The notes under the pieces were generated by a model. That model worked only from the letters and a program-made list of their open reading frames with translations. It did no database searches and was not told the DNA's origin. A program made the translations under genes and the position numbers. Of a stretch of 64,000 nt of DNA, positions 1-9,283 are shown one piece after another (position 1 is the first letter of the stretch; each line of letters opens with the position of its first letter). Source of the DNA: Elusimicrobiota bacterium (GTDB lineage: Bacteria; Elusimicrobiota; Elusimicrobia; FEN-1173); contig JADKHR010000001.1 of NCBI GenBank assembly GCA_016721625.1, positions 2,419,807 through 2,483,806 on the forward strand. The letters are read 5' to 3'.

Positions 1-326
1 CCCGCACGCCCATCGAAAAGGTGGCGCCCTATTTAAAAGAGTTGGATGTGGTTTTGGTCATGACGGTGGAGCCCGGATTCGGCGGCCAATCGTTCATGCC
101 GGACATGCTTTCCAAGATCCGTTGGCTCCGGGAACGGAACACCAAGCTCAAAAGCTCCCACCAACCATGGATCGAAGTGGACGGCGGCATTAACAACGAA
201 ACAGCCCCCCTCGCCGTCCACGCCGGGGCCGAGGTTCTGGTAGCCGGAAACGCCATTTTCGCCGCCAAAGACCCCGCCGCCGCCCTCCAAACCCTCCGCC
301 ACCGCGCTCAAACCCCTATCCTGTAA
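1..326 (+). CDS. rpe: ribulose-phosphate 3-epimerase, C-terminal part (5' end lies outside window)
   Basis: ORF open to window edge; motifs VMTVEPGFGGQSF and IEVDGGIN characteristic of Rpe TIM barrel. Confidence 0.8.
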   Translation, partial: RTPIEKVAPYLKELDVVLVMTVEPGFGGQSFMPDMLSKIRWLRERNTKLKSSHQPWIEVDGGINNETAPLAVHAGAEVLVAGNAIFAAKDPAAALQTLRHRAQTPIL

Positions 327-428
327 TCCCCATTTTGGGTGATCGGGGCCTTGTGGTAAAATAGTTTAATAGTATAGGGCGTCCCTTAATGCTCTTAATG
401 CCTCTAATGCCCTTGAGTGAACGTGGGA

Positions 429-3092
429 TTATTTCTTTTTGAAGAGACGCTCGAGGGCTTGGCCGGCGGCCTCTCCGAGGGGGTCTTTGGCGGGGGCGTC
501 GTTCGAGGAGGGGGCCTTCTTCGGGTCGGGGGAACGGTCGGGTTTTCCTTTCCAGCCGCCGATGGCTTTTTTCAGGATGTCTTGGGCGGCCCGGCGGACC
601 GTGTCCCGGTAATCCACTTTGACTTTGGGGTCGCCCAAGGGGCCCTTGAGCGAGGCTTCGATGGTGGGGCGGCCGTCCTCGGCGGTGATCCAGTCGCCGA
701 CGCTTCCCCGGACCGAGCCGGGGGGGAGCTTCAATTGCAGGGTGAGGTCCGAATCCAGGTCTCCCAGGCGGACCCGGCCTTTCGCGAGAAAGTCCGTTTG
801 GTCGCTGTCCAGCGTGAAAGTCTTGATGTCGGCCAGTCCCCGGGTGACGACGAACTGGCCGGCCAATTTTTGGTAGGTGATCTCCGCCCCTTCGCGGCCC
901 ATGAGTTTGTTGATCTTCTTCGCCACCGGGACGTCGGTGATCTCCCCCGAGGCGGCGGTGACGGAGGCCGTGCCGGATAGAACCGAGAGGTCGGGGCCCA
1001 CGTCCCGGAGGTTCCAGTTGAATTGAAAGTTCCGCCCGAGATAGTGGGGGTGGGTGATTTCGCCGATGCGGAACACCCCGGCGGCGCGGGCGATGGGCGC
1101 CGGGCTGGGGCGCGGCGGGGTTTTAGCCGCCGTGGGGGAAGTCTTCGAGGGCGTGGTCGTGGGAGAGAAGGCCTTCAGCACCTTGTCCACTTCCAGGCGC
1201 GCCCAATCGCCGTCCAGAAAGATCGCGGGTCGTTCCCCGTTATCGACCCGGGCGTTCAGGGTGAAAGGCGAGCCGAAGGCTTTCCCGCTCAATCCGTGCA
1301 CCGACGCCTGTTGGCGATTGAAATCCACTCGTCCCGCCAGTTCGGAGAGTTCCACCCCGGGGACGGGGGTCACGGCGGTTTTCCGCAACCGTACCTGGCC
1401 TAGGACGCGGGGGTCGGTGGCCGGGCCGCTGATGTCGGCGTGGAGGGCCGCCTCGCCCCGAAGTTTGAACTCGGCCAAGGACGGCAGGATGGTTCCCAAA
1501 CGGGACAGGTCCAGGGGGTCTCCGTCGATGCGAAGGGACATGGTTTGCGTGCCCCGGGGCTCTTCCACTTCGCCGCTGAGTTTCAAAACCCCGGCGGCGG
1601 TCCGGCAGGTGGCCGATGAAATTTGGATGTCCTGTTGGTCGATCCAACGGCCGGCGGCCGTGATCTGGAGGGGGCTCCCTTCCGTTTTACGGAAAGATTC
1701 CCCGTAGCTCCCCTGAAGGGATTGGCCCTCCGCCGTCAAGTCGAAGGCCAGGTTCGAAGGGACCCCCTGCAGTTCCGCCGTGAGCCCCAATGCGCCCTCC
1801 AGGCGGAGCGGCGCGGGCCAGGGGCCGCCGGGACGAAGCTGGAGCGCAGGAGCGCGAAGATCTAAAAAGAGCTCCGGCGCTCCCGTTTCGCTGTGGGCGG
1901 ATCCGGTAAGCGTGAGCGGGACCGCGGCGGGTTTTTCCAACCAGCCCTCGTAAGCGACGACGGCCTCGTCAGCGGCCACCTCGCCGGAGATTTTCCATTG
2001 GGCTCCGAAGGCTTCCGCCTCCCATCGGCCCGTGAGGGGGCCCGCCATGGACAGGCCGGGCGCCAGGGGGCTGTTTTGCACGCGGATGGTTTTGGGGTCC
2101 AGGCGGATCCCATGGCGGTCGCCCCCGGGGGCTAGTGTGGAATGACTGGAGAGGGCGCCGGAAACGGCGATGCCTTTGTTTTGAGCGTCGAAGGTTCCCT
2201 CGGCGGTCAGACTGGCGGAGGAGGCGCGGATCTTCCATCGGCCGGAAAGCGTGGCTTGTTTCAGCGGGTCGGGAAGGAGGACCATCGGTTCAATGTCTTC
2301 GGCGGCCAAGGGTGAAAACGCGAGCGTGACCTCCGCCTGGGGCGACGGGAGGGGCGTCAACGTTCCGGAAAGCTCCAGGGATGAGGACCCGAGCCGGAGG
2401 GTGAACCGTTCCAGGGAGATTTCGTGGTTTCCCGTGGGGGACATCCGAGCGTTCATCGCCAGCGGGCCGGCCCATCGGGTCTTGGCCCGCACCACCTCGA
2501 TGTTTCCTTTGACCCGAAGGCCGAAGGGGTCCGTGAGAGAAAAACCGGCCAGCCGCGCGTCCAGGGCATGGACCCCGACGGTGAGGTCCAACACGTCGTC
2601 TTCGAGGGTGAACTCTCCCTCCGTCAGGGCGGCCCGGGCGATGAGGAGTTCCATGGCGCGGGCGGTTCCGCCTCCCGAGCCCGGCGGGCCCGCTGGGGCT
2701 TGGGCGAGATCGGAGAAATTGAAGGTTCCGTCGGCGGCGCGGTGAACCCGCACGCGGGGACGTTCGAGGTCGATGGATCGCACAAGGATCCGGTGAGAGA
2801 GGAGCGGCAGGAGCCTCGGCAAGATGCGGGCGCGCCCCACCTCAACAAAGGTTCCCGCGGAAAAGTCCGGCGATTCGGAAATCCGCACGCCTTCCAACTC
2901 CAAGCCCCGCACCAGGCTGACGTTGGCGCCGGCGATTTCCACCTGGCGGCCCAGCCTCGCGCCCAATTTTTCCGCCGCCAATCGGCGGATCCGTTCCGGC
3001 GGGTAGCTGTGCCGCAACCAAACTCCCATGCCCGTGAGCGCCGCGAGACCGATCAAGGCCAGGACGGCCATCCATTTGAGGAACCGTTTCAT
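429..3092 (-). CDS. AsmA-family outer membrane biogenesis protein
   Basis: 887 aa, N-terminal signal/membrane anchor MKRFLKWMAVLALIGLAAL, long repetitive beta-rich body; family-level resemblance only. Confidence 0.6.
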   Translation of the reverse strand: MKRFLKWMAVLALIGLAALTGMGVWLRHSYPPERIRRLAAEKLGARLGRQVEIAGANVSLVRGLELEGVRISESPDFSAGTFVEVGRARILPRLLPLLSHRILVRSIDLERPRVRVHRAADGTFNFSDLAQAPAGPPGSGGGTARAMELLIARAALTEGEFTLEDDVLDLTVGVHALDARLAGFSLTDPFGLRVKGNIEVVRAKTRWAGPLAMNARMSPTGNHEISLERFTLRLGSSSLELSGTLTPLPSPQAEVTLAFSPLAAEDIEPMVLLPDPLKQATLSGRWKIRASSASLTAEGTFDAQNKGIAVSGALSSHSTLAPGGDRHGIRLDPKTIRVQNSPLAPGLSMAGPLTGRWEAEAFGAQWKISGEVAADEAVVAYEGWLEKPAAVPLTLTGSAHSETGAPELFLDLRAPALQLRPGGPWPAPLRLEGALGLTAELQGVPSNLAFDLTAEGQSLQGSYGESFRKTEGSPLQITAAGRWIDQQDIQISSATCRTAAGVLKLSGEVEEPRGTQTMSLRIDGDPLDLSRLGTILPSLAEFKLRGEAALHADISGPATDPRVLGQVRLRKTAVTPVPGVELSELAGRVDFNRQQASVHGLSGKAFGSPFTLNARVDNGERPAIFLDGDWARLEVDKVLKAFSPTTTPSKTSPTAAKTPPRPSPAPIARAAGVFRIGEITHPHYLGRNFQFNWNLRDVGPDLSVLSGTASVTAASGEITDVPVAKKINKLMGREGAEITYQKLAGQFVVTRGLADIKTFTLDSDQTDFLAKGRVRLGDLDSDLTLQLKLPPGSVRGSVGDWITAEDGRPTIEASLKGPLGDPKVKVDYRDTVRRAAQDILKKAIGGWKGKPDRSPDPKKAPSSNDAPAKDPLGEAAGQALERLFKKK

Positions 3093-3463
3093 CGGGGGGC
3101 CTTCAAATAGCGGGCCTTTATCTCCCGCTGAAACCCGGTCAAATCAGCCAGGGCGGCGTTGAAGGTTTTTCGGGTTTCCGCCTGGTTCGCGCTATCGGCG
3201 GCCCGCACGGCTTCCAAGGCGAGCTCCGCGGCCGTTACTCGTTCTTGCAAGCCTTCCAGGTCCGCCTCGATCTTGAACCGGCTGTGGGCGCTGTCGGCTT
3301 CGAGCTGTGTTTTGACCCGGCGGGCTTCCGCTTCGCGGGCCTGAAGCCGAAGGGAAAGTTCATTCACGGGCTCCAGGGGTTCGGTTTCCGTCGGCGCGGG
3401 GGCGCCTCGCCCGCAGGCGAAGAGAAGACAGAGAACCAGGAGGAAAGCTCGCGGGAAGGACAC
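3089..3463 (-). CDS. hypothetical lipoprotein with coiled-coil region
   Basis: signal peptide plus lipobox LFACG; 4-nt overlap (ATGA) with downstream AsmA gene suggests an operon. Confidence 0.5.
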   Translation of the reverse strand: MSFPRAFLLVLCLLFACGRGAPAPTETEPLEPVNELSLRLQAREAEARRVKTQLEADSAHSRFKIEADLEGLQERVTAAELALEAVRAADSANQAETRKTFNAALADLTGFQREIKARYLKAPR

Positions 3464-3579
3464 GGCCGCACCATTTTACCATTTGATCCGACGGGACGAG
3501 CGAACTATACATATGTATGGTAATATAGCGGCGACCCCGAGAGGGGCGGCATTTTTGGATGGTTCGCAGGGAGGCAACC

Positions 3580-4275
3580 ATGAATTGGCTTTCGGATCAG
3601 GTGGTGGCGGCGGCCCAGGCCGTGGAGGCGGCGGGGGGAACGGTTCGGAATTTTAAGCAGGCGGTGGCGGAACGGTTTTCGGATACGCCAGTCACCGATT
3701 GGGAAATTCTTTTTTGGACGCGAGGGGTTAAGCGGGGCCTCATCACCCTCAACAGCCACTGGTTCCGGCTCGGGTCGGGGCGTCAAACCTCGGTGGGCCT
3801 TTTCGTGCGGAACGAAGCGGGGCTCATCGTCGGTCTCCGTCGGGAAGCCATCACCCAGGCGGCGGTCTACGCCGCCCTCGTCACCCATTACGGATACCAC
3901 CGGCGGCACGTGCGGTTTGAATTGGATTTTCTGGACGTGGCCCTTCAAGACGCCGCCGGCCAGGTGACCCTCTACGCCGAAACCAAAGCGTCGGATCGGG
4001 TGCTGGAACGCCTGGTGGGGGACCTGACCGCTGGTTTCAAGGACGGTCTCCCGTTCCTGGAACTGGCGGAAGGCCAAAAGCCGCCCGACGCGTTCCAAAA
4101 AGCCGCCCATATATTACGGAATCGTCCGGCCCACTTTTGGGCCGTCTCCCCGGGCCTACGCCTGGCTTTCACCGTGGACTATCTCGGGGTTGGGTTCCGG
4201 TTGGTCCCCGCCGCCGACATTCCGTTCCACCGGGACGCGGATCTTTTTTCGCTCGTGGAAACCTTTTCCCGATGA
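3580..4275 (+). CDS. hypothetical protein, translationally coupled to recQ
   Basis: ORF 3559..4275; first ATG at 3580; stop overlaps recQ ATG (ATGA at 4272-4275); no recognisable family. Confidence 0.45.
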   Translation: MNWLSDQVVAAAQAVEAAGGTVRNFKQAVAERFSDTPVTDWEILFWTRGVKRGLITLNSHWFRLGSGRQTSVGLFVRNEAGLIVGLRREAITQAAVYAALVTHYGYHRRHVRFELDFLDVALQDAAGQVTLYAETKASDRVLERLVGDLTAGFKDGLPFLELAEGQKPPDAFQKAAHILRNRPAHFWAVSPGLRLAFTVDYLGVGFRLVPAADIPFHRDADLFSLVETFSR

Positions 4276-5810
4276 CCTCGGTGGCCGCCATCCCTCAAAC
4301 CCCTTTCGAGGTTCTTCGCCAGACGTTTGGCTATGAAAGTTTCCGGCCCGGGCAGGAGAAGATCATCCAAACCGTGTTGGGCGGGCGGGACTGCATCGGG
4401 GTGATGCCGACGGGGGCGGGCAAGTCCATCACCTTCCAAATTCCGGCCAAGATTCTGCCGGGCACGGTGCTCGTGATTTCGCCGCTCCTTTCTTTGATGA
4501 AGGACCAGGTGGACGGGCTACTGCAGGACGGGTTTCGGGCCACGGCCATCAACTCCTCTTTGGATTTCGAGGAACGGCGGCGGAGGGTGGAGGGGTTTCG
4601 GCGGGGGGAATACGAGCTGGTGTATCTCGCGCCGGAAGCCTTGGACGGAAGCTTGCGCGGCCTTTTGCGGGACTGCCCCATCCGACTGCTGGTGGTGGAC
4701 GAGGCCCATTGCATCAGCCAATGGGGGCATGAGTTCCGCCCGGCGTACCGAAGGCTCCAGGGATTGAAAAGCGAGCTGGGCGGCGTCCCGGTGTTGGCCT
4801 TGACCGCCACGGCCACCCGGGCGGTGGCCGCCGACATCATTCAACAACTGGGCATGGTCAAACCCGACGGATACAAGGGGTCGTTTTACCGCCCCAACCT
4901 CCACCTGACCTGCCGGAAAAAAGGGGAAGGCCGGAACACGCGGAAGGACATTTTATCCTTCGTTCAACATCGTCGGGGCCAATGCGGGATTGTTTACTGC
5001 CTCAGCCGGAAGTCGGTGGAGGCCACGGCGGATTACCTTCGGGCGCACGGCGTCCCCGCGCGGCCCTACCACGCGGGTCTCTCCGACCAGGAACGGCAGA
5101 GGAACCAGGAGGCCTTCGCCCGGGACGAGGCCGAGGTCATCGTGGCCACGGTGGCTTTCGGCATGGGGATCGATAAATCCAACGTGCGTTACGTCATTCA
5201 TCGGGACATGCCCAAGAGCCTGGAAAACTATTACCAGGAAATCGGCCGTGCCGGCCGGGACGGACTGCCCGCCGACTGCGTGCTCCTTTACTCTTGGGCG
5301 GACGTGATCAGCCACGAGCGGTTCCTCCAGGACGCCCAGGACCCCGCTCTCGCCGCCGCGTCCAAACGGAGGACCGTCCAAATGTTCGAATGGGCCGACC
5401 GGGCCGCCTGCCGGCACCAAGGCCTCACCGCCCATTTCGAGGAGAGGATGGAGGACTGCGGGACCTCCTGCGACGTCTGCCGGAAAACCACCCTGGACGA
5501 TCTCCTGGGCCCGCCGATGAAATCGTTCCCGTCGTTAAAACCATCCCGCCGGCAGGAGCCGGCGGAGCGGGATTCCTTGTCGGAAGACGGGGACGCTCTT
5601 TTCCAGCGGCTCAAAACCCTGCGCCGTTCCCTGGCCGACGCCCAGCGCGTGCCCGCCTACATCGTGTTCAGCGACGCCGTCCTCCTCCGCATGGCGGACC
5701 GCCGCCCGCAGACGCCCGAAGACCTCTTGGCCATCTCCGGCGTGGGCCCCGCCAAACTCGCCCGCTACGGCCAAGCCTTCTTGGAAGTTTTAAACGCCGA
5801 AACGGCGTGA
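4272..5810 (+). CDS. recQ: ATP-dependent DNA helicase RecQ
   Basis: Walker A MPTGAGKS, DEAH box VVDEAH, zinc-binding Cys cluster, C-terminal HRDC (YIVFSDAVLLRMA). Confidence 0.9.
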   Translation: MTSVAAIPQTPFEVLRQTFGYESFRPGQEKIIQTVLGGRDCIGVMPTGAGKSITFQIPAKILPGTVLVISPLLSLMKDQVDGLLQDGFRATAINSSLDFEERRRRVEGFRRGEYELVYLAPEALDGSLRGLLRDCPIRLLVVDEAHCISQWGHEFRPAYRRLQGLKSELGGVPVLALTATATRAVAADIIQQLGMVKPDGYKGSFYRPNLHLTCRKKGEGRNTRKDILSFVQHRRGQCGIVYCLSRKSVEATADYLRAHGVPARPYHAGLSDQERQRNQEAFARDEAEVIVATVAFGMGIDKSNVRYVIHRDMPKSLENYYQEIGRAGRDGLPADCVLLYSWADVISHERFLQDAQDPALAAASKRRTVQMFEWADRAACRHQGLTAHFEERMEDCGTSCDVCRKTTLDDLLGPPMKSFPSLKPSRRQEPAERDSLSEDGDALFQRLKTLRRSLADAQRVPAYIVFSDAVLLRMADRRPQTPEDLLAISGVGPAKLARYGQAFLEVLNAETA

Positions 5811-5862
5811 GAGAGGACCGGAGAATAAATGATCATTTCTTTTTAGCCTTGGGAAGCGTTTT

Positions 5863-5886
5863 CCCTCTCCCGCTGGCGGGAGAGGG
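5863..5886. terminator. 24-bp perfect palindrome CCCTCTCCCGCTGGCGGGAGAGGG between convergent recQ and rumA; same element recurs at 20617
   Basis: read directly; hairpin directly after recQ stop. Confidence 0.45.
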
Positions 5887-5920
5887 GGGGTATTCGTCGG
5901 TAAATTTAAAAAGTGAAGAG

Positions 5921-7162
5921 TTATTTCCGTCGCAACAGCGCCGCGGTTTCCGTGTGGGGGGTGTGGGGAAATAGGTCCACGGGCTGGACCCGTTCCAGGG
6001 TGTAGGTGGGGGAAAGAAACGCCAAATCCTGGGCCAGGGCGTCGGGGTTGCAGGAGACGTAAATCCACCGTTCCACGGGGTGTTCCACCAAAAGCTTCCG
6101 GACGTCGGCGGAGAGTCCCGGGCGGGGCGGGTCCATCACCGCCAGGGCTCCAGGCGCGTTCCAGGCGGGGGCGAAATCGGGCGAGCGGGCGAAGGCGGCG
6201 GCGTCCAGGGTGTGGAACTCGGCATGGGCGATCCCGAAGGACCGGGCGTTGGCGCGGGCATCTTCCACGGCTTGGGGGTTCAGTTCCACGCCCACCACCC
6301 GGTCCGCCGCGTCCGCGCAAAAAAGGCCGATGGACCCCGACCCGCAATAGATGTCGAAAAAAGTCGAGGCGCGGCTCCCCTCGCCCACCCAGTTTCGAAT
6401 CACCCCATAAAGCACTTCCGCGGCCCGGGTGTTGGTTTGAAAGAAAGTCCGGGGGGAAATTTGGAAGGTCAACTCTCCCAGCCGTTCCTCAATGTATCCC
6501 GGCCCGGATAGGACGGCCCGTTCCTCACCCCAGGCCACGTCGGAGAGCCCCGCGTTCACGGTCCAAAGCAAGGTGTCCACCCGAACCCCGCTGGCCCGCA
6601 GGGCCTCCATAAAACTTTCCCGGGGAAGGGTCCCTTCGGCGGTCACCAAACACACCATGCGCTGGCCCGTGTTTTTTCCTTCCCGCACCACCAGGTAACG
6701 CAAAAATCCCCGGTGGGACTTCAAATGGTAGGTCGGCACGTTTTCCCTGAACGCCCAATCCCGCACAGCGGCCATGAGCGGCCCCGCCTCGGGGGAAAGC
6801 AGGCGGCATTCCGCGAGGTCCACGATGCGGTCAAACTTCCCCTTTTGGCGTAGCCCCAAGAGGGGCGGGGTGTCTTTCAATCCGCCGAAAGCGAACTCCA
6901 TTTTGTTCCGGTAATGGAACACGTCCGGCGATGGGAGGATGGGAAGGATTTCACGCGGAGCAAACGGCAAGACCACGTGGCGGATGGCCGCTTCTTTCGC
7001 GGCCAACTGCTCGGCGTAGGGTTTGTCCTGGGTGGCGCACCCGCCGCACGCCCCGAAATGCGGGCAGAGCGGGGTCAAGACGCCGATGGGGTCATCTCCG
7101 GATCGGCTACGAAGTAGCCCGCAAAGCCCCGCACCAACGCCTCGGTCTGCTTTACCGGCCAC
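5921..7162 (-). CDS. 23S rRNA (uracil-C5)-methyltransferase RumA/RlmD family (no TRAM domain)
   Basis: N-terminal 4Fe-4S Cys cluster CPHFGACGGC, SAM motif FDIYCGSGSIG, catalytic region DPPRPG..VSCNP; true start may be downstream of 7162 (GTG). Confidence 0.8.
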   Translation of the reverse strand: MAGKADRGVGAGLCGLLRSRSGDDPIGVLTPLCPHFGACGGCATQDKPYAEQLAAKEAAIRHVVLPFAPREILPILPSPDVFHYRNKMEFAFGGLKDTPPLLGLRQKGKFDRIVDLAECRLLSPEAGPLMAAVRDWAFRENVPTYHLKSHRGFLRYLVVREGKNTGQRMVCLVTAEGTLPRESFMEALRASGVRVDTLLWTVNAGLSDVAWGEERAVLSGPGYIEERLGELTFQISPRTFFQTNTRAAEVLYGVIRNWVGEGSRASTFFDIYCGSGSIGLFCADAADRVVGVELNPQAVEDARANARSFGIAHAEFHTLDAAAFARSPDFAPAWNAPGALAVMDPPRPGLSADVRKLLVEHPVERWIYVSCNPDALAQDLAFLSPTYTLERVQPVDLFPHTPHTETAALLRRK

Positions 7163-7374
7163 CCTTGAATTTTTTCCTGAACGGAGGTATGCTTCATAAA
7201 GCGTTCCAAACCGATTTCAAAAGGCAGGGCATGGCCCCCCGCCTGGTTGATAAAGGAGAGATAAAGGTGAGCCCAATGGGCGATAAAGGGAATACGTTTT
7301 TCCAAAGCAAGCCCGCGCTCGCGAAGGTAAATTTGAAATTCCGGCAGAAAATCAGACTTATAAAAAGTTTTCAT
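7075..7374 (-). pseudogene. integron-integrase-like tyrosine recombinase, N-terminal SAM-like domain only (truncated after ~99 aa)
   Basis: pattern IAHWAHLYLSF...VQEKIQGWPVKQTEALVRGFAGYF parallels IntI N-terminus (YLHWITRYIHFH...VQGKVATKTQSLALNSLSFLY); stop then rumA occupies the space where the catalytic domain should be; AT-rich. Confidence 0.6.
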
Positions 7375-7439
7375 AGTCTGCGATTACGAGCCTATTGTAA
7401 AGATTTTGGTCACGATTAAAATGGTAATTCATCTGACCA

Positions 7440-7495
7440 AGGGCGTCAACGGGCCCATCCCGAAGATTGGCAATAGAACATAATAATTGTTGGGC
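7440..7495 (+). other. putative attI / first recombination point (GTTGGGC at 7489-7495)
   Basis: GTTRRRY core immediately upstream of first cassette ORF and downstream of divergent intI start. Confidence 0.3.
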
Positions 7496-7501
7496 CTGAT
7501 A

Positions 7502-8086
7502 ATGAATAGACAATCGTCGTCGCGAATCTTTTTAATTTTACTTCCGTTCCTGCATTTTTGTTCGGCATTATCGTGGGCCGCAGAAAGAGCGGATTGGCAG
7601 CAATATGTCGACAGTGCCAATGGTTTCTCTTTTGCGTTCCCAAGTGACTACATTCTTTCCAAGGGGCATCTAGCGGTTACAGAAGACTGGTGGGGTGATC
7701 CCAATTTGGGGAATCCCCCTGGAGAAAAACTTATAAAGATCTCTTCAAAACCGTTAAAAAAATCTTCCGACTATGTGGAATTAAGTATTTGGAAATCCTC
7801 TGATACGGATTGTTCAGGTCGCACCTCCAAGAGCGAAAGTCAATTTTTAAAATTTCCTCCTACAAAAATAATCGGAGGTTCATTGTTCGAAAGATACGAT
7901 GATGCGGAAGCCGGCATGAACCATGGAATGAGCCTCTTGGGTTACACAGGGAATCGGAATAAGGCTTGCTGGCGAATTCAGTTGTTTCAAAGCTGGCTGG
8001 GCGGAGATCCGCACCCGTTGGCCGATGGAAAAGGCCCTGAAAAGATGTTTGTGCGATTCTTGGATTCTTTTAACTTTCGCTCTTGA
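7502..8086 (+). CDS. cassette 1: secreted hypothetical protein (194 aa)
   Basis: ATG at 7502 within ORF 7487..8086; signal peptide RIFLILLPFLHFCSALSWA; AT-rich; followed by attC. Confidence 0.5.
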   Translation: MNRQSSSRIFLILLPFLHFCSALSWAAERADWQQYVDSANGFSFAFPSDYILSKGHLAVTEDWWGDPNLGNPPGEKLIKISSKPLKKSSDYVELSIWKSSDTDCSGRTSKSESQFLKFPPTKIIGGSLFERYDDAEAGMNHGMSLLGYTGNRNKACWRIQLFQSWLGGDPHPLADGKGPEKMFVRFLDSFNFRS

Positions 8087-8095
8087 AGACACACG

Positions 8096-8154
8096 GCCCA
8101 ACCCATCGTTCCAGCGGACGCCAACAGCGGGCGCCGCTGACCTTTACGTTGGGG
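8096..8154 (+). repeat. attC site 1
   Basis: R'' GCCCAAC (8096) ... imperfect palindrome CAGCGGACGCC/GGCGCCGCTG ... R' GTTGGGG (8148). Confidence 0.7.
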
Positions 8155-8162
8155 CCTAAACC

Positions 8163-8567
8163 ATGAATATAGTTTTGCCGCTTCGGCTTCCAGCGGTTGT
8201 CCTCTTTCTATGTTTGGGCTGTCAATCTGCCAGACCGAATATTGACCGCTCTCAACTCGTGATCGATTGTCGTTATGTGATGGAGCATCTCGATAAGTAT
8301 AAACCCACCTCAAATATTTCGAGCGACGGGCTGAGGTTCCTGACCCCCAAAGATTTACCTCCCTCGATCAGAATCTTGTCCCCCATATCAGTTCTCTCGG
8401 ACGGTTCATGTGTGGATATTTTGCTTCCACGTTTCGGTCAAGGTCATGGATATTTGGCCTGCATAAGCGATGCTGAGCCAACCGGAATCGTCGGTAACAA
8501 TCTCAAAGGATTTCTCGTTCGAAAGGAAGTTGATGGGCTATGGTATTACCAGTTACCGCCGAAATAG
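8163..8567 (+). CDS. cassette 2: hypothetical lipoprotein (134 aa)
   Basis: signal + lipobox LCLGC; AT-rich; bounded by attC1 and attC2. Confidence 0.5.
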   Translation: MNIVLPLRLPAVVLFLCLGCQSARPNIDRSQLVIDCRYVMEHLDKYKPTSNISSDGLRFLTPKDLPPSIRILSPISVLSDGSCVDILLPRFGQGHGYLACISDAEPTGIVGNNLKGFLVRKEVDGLWYYQLPPK

Positions 8568-8570
8568 TTG

Positions 8571-8630
8571 GCCCCAACCCGGCGCTCCAATGGACGCCAA
8601 CATGGGGCGCCGGTGATCTTCACGTTGGGC
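8571..8630 (+). repeat. attC site 2
   Basis: GCCCCAAC ... GTTGGGC (8624-8630), internal imperfect palindrome. Confidence 0.7.
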
Positions 8631-8679
8631 CCATCACAGCAATATGGTAAACAAACCATATTCGTGATACAATAGGCCA

Positions 8680-8979
8680 ATGAGCGGCGGCGGTCGGTAT
8701 GGGTCCTTCGTTTGGAATGCCTTGAAAGAAAAGGCCAATGTTCAGAGGCATGGGCTTGGCTTTCACGATGCCACTGAGGTCTTCGCAGATCCCCGGCGTA
8801 TCATTGCCAGGGATGACCGACATTCCAAGGACGAGGAACGACTTTTCTGTGTTGGTTCCATCCATGGGCGTGTTATCACGGTTCGATTTACTTTTCGGGG
8901 AAAATGCGTTCGAATCTTCGGCGCTGGTTATTGGAGAAAGGGGAGGAAAGCATATGAAAAAGCCAATTTACACCGATGA
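8680..8979 (+). CDS. brnT: BrnT-family toxin (DUF497 ribonuclease)
   Basis: FVWNALKEKANVQRHGLGFHDATEVFADP...RVITVRF...RIFGAGYWRKGRKAYEKA matches BrnT fold pattern. Confidence 0.7.
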   Translation: MSGGGRYGSFVWNALKEKANVQRHGLGFHDATEVFADPRRIIARDDRHSKDEERLFCVGSIHGRVITVRFTFRGKCVRIFGAGYWRKGRKAYEKANLHR

Positions 8980-9229
8980 ACCCATGGGGAGACTTCATGT
9001 CATTCCCGACTTTTTGCCTCCTCCGGAAGAGCTTTTCCCGAAGAGGGAAGGCATTAAGGTGACTTTGATTGTGGATAGGGACAGCGTGAACTTCTTCCGC
9101 CAAAGGGCTCATAGTGCCGGCCTGAAATATCAACGAATGATGCGGGAAGTTCTCAGAGAGTATTCGCACCGCTACCAACTGGCCCCAACAAAGCGCTCCA
9201 GCGGACGGCCACACACCGGCCGCCGCTGA
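8954..9229 (+). CDS. brnA: BrnA-family antitoxin
   Basis: ATG at 8954 preceded by GGAGGAAAG RBS; 26-nt overlap with brnT; IVDRDSVNFFRQRAHSAGLKYQRMMREVLREY; 3' end reads through attC3. Confidence 0.65.
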   Translation: MKKPIYTDEPMGRLHVIPDFLPPPEELFPKREGIKVTLIVDRDSVNFFRQRAHSAGLKYQRMMREVLREYSHRYQLAPTKRSSGRPHTGRR

Positions 9230-9244
9230 GCTTAGCCGTTGGGC
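9182..9244 (+). repeat. attC site 3
   Basis: GCCCCAACAAAGCGCTCCAGCGGACGGCC...GGCCGCCGCTGAGCTTAGCCGTTGGGC. Confidence 0.7.
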
Positions 9245-9283
9245 ACCCTTGACTAAAGTATATTACCAATATATACTTATCCA

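Noticed and set aside
417-3092. Long antisense ORFs (for example 417..980 +, 1054..1707 +) overlapping the AsmA gene
   Set aside because: High-GC artefacts. Gly/Arg/Pro-rich low-complexity translations, no RBS, opposite a well-supported gene.
8620-9214. - strand ORFs 8620..8865 and 8888..9214 inside cassette 3
   Set aside because: They are antisense to the well-supported BrnT/BrnA genes. They have no RBS or homology.
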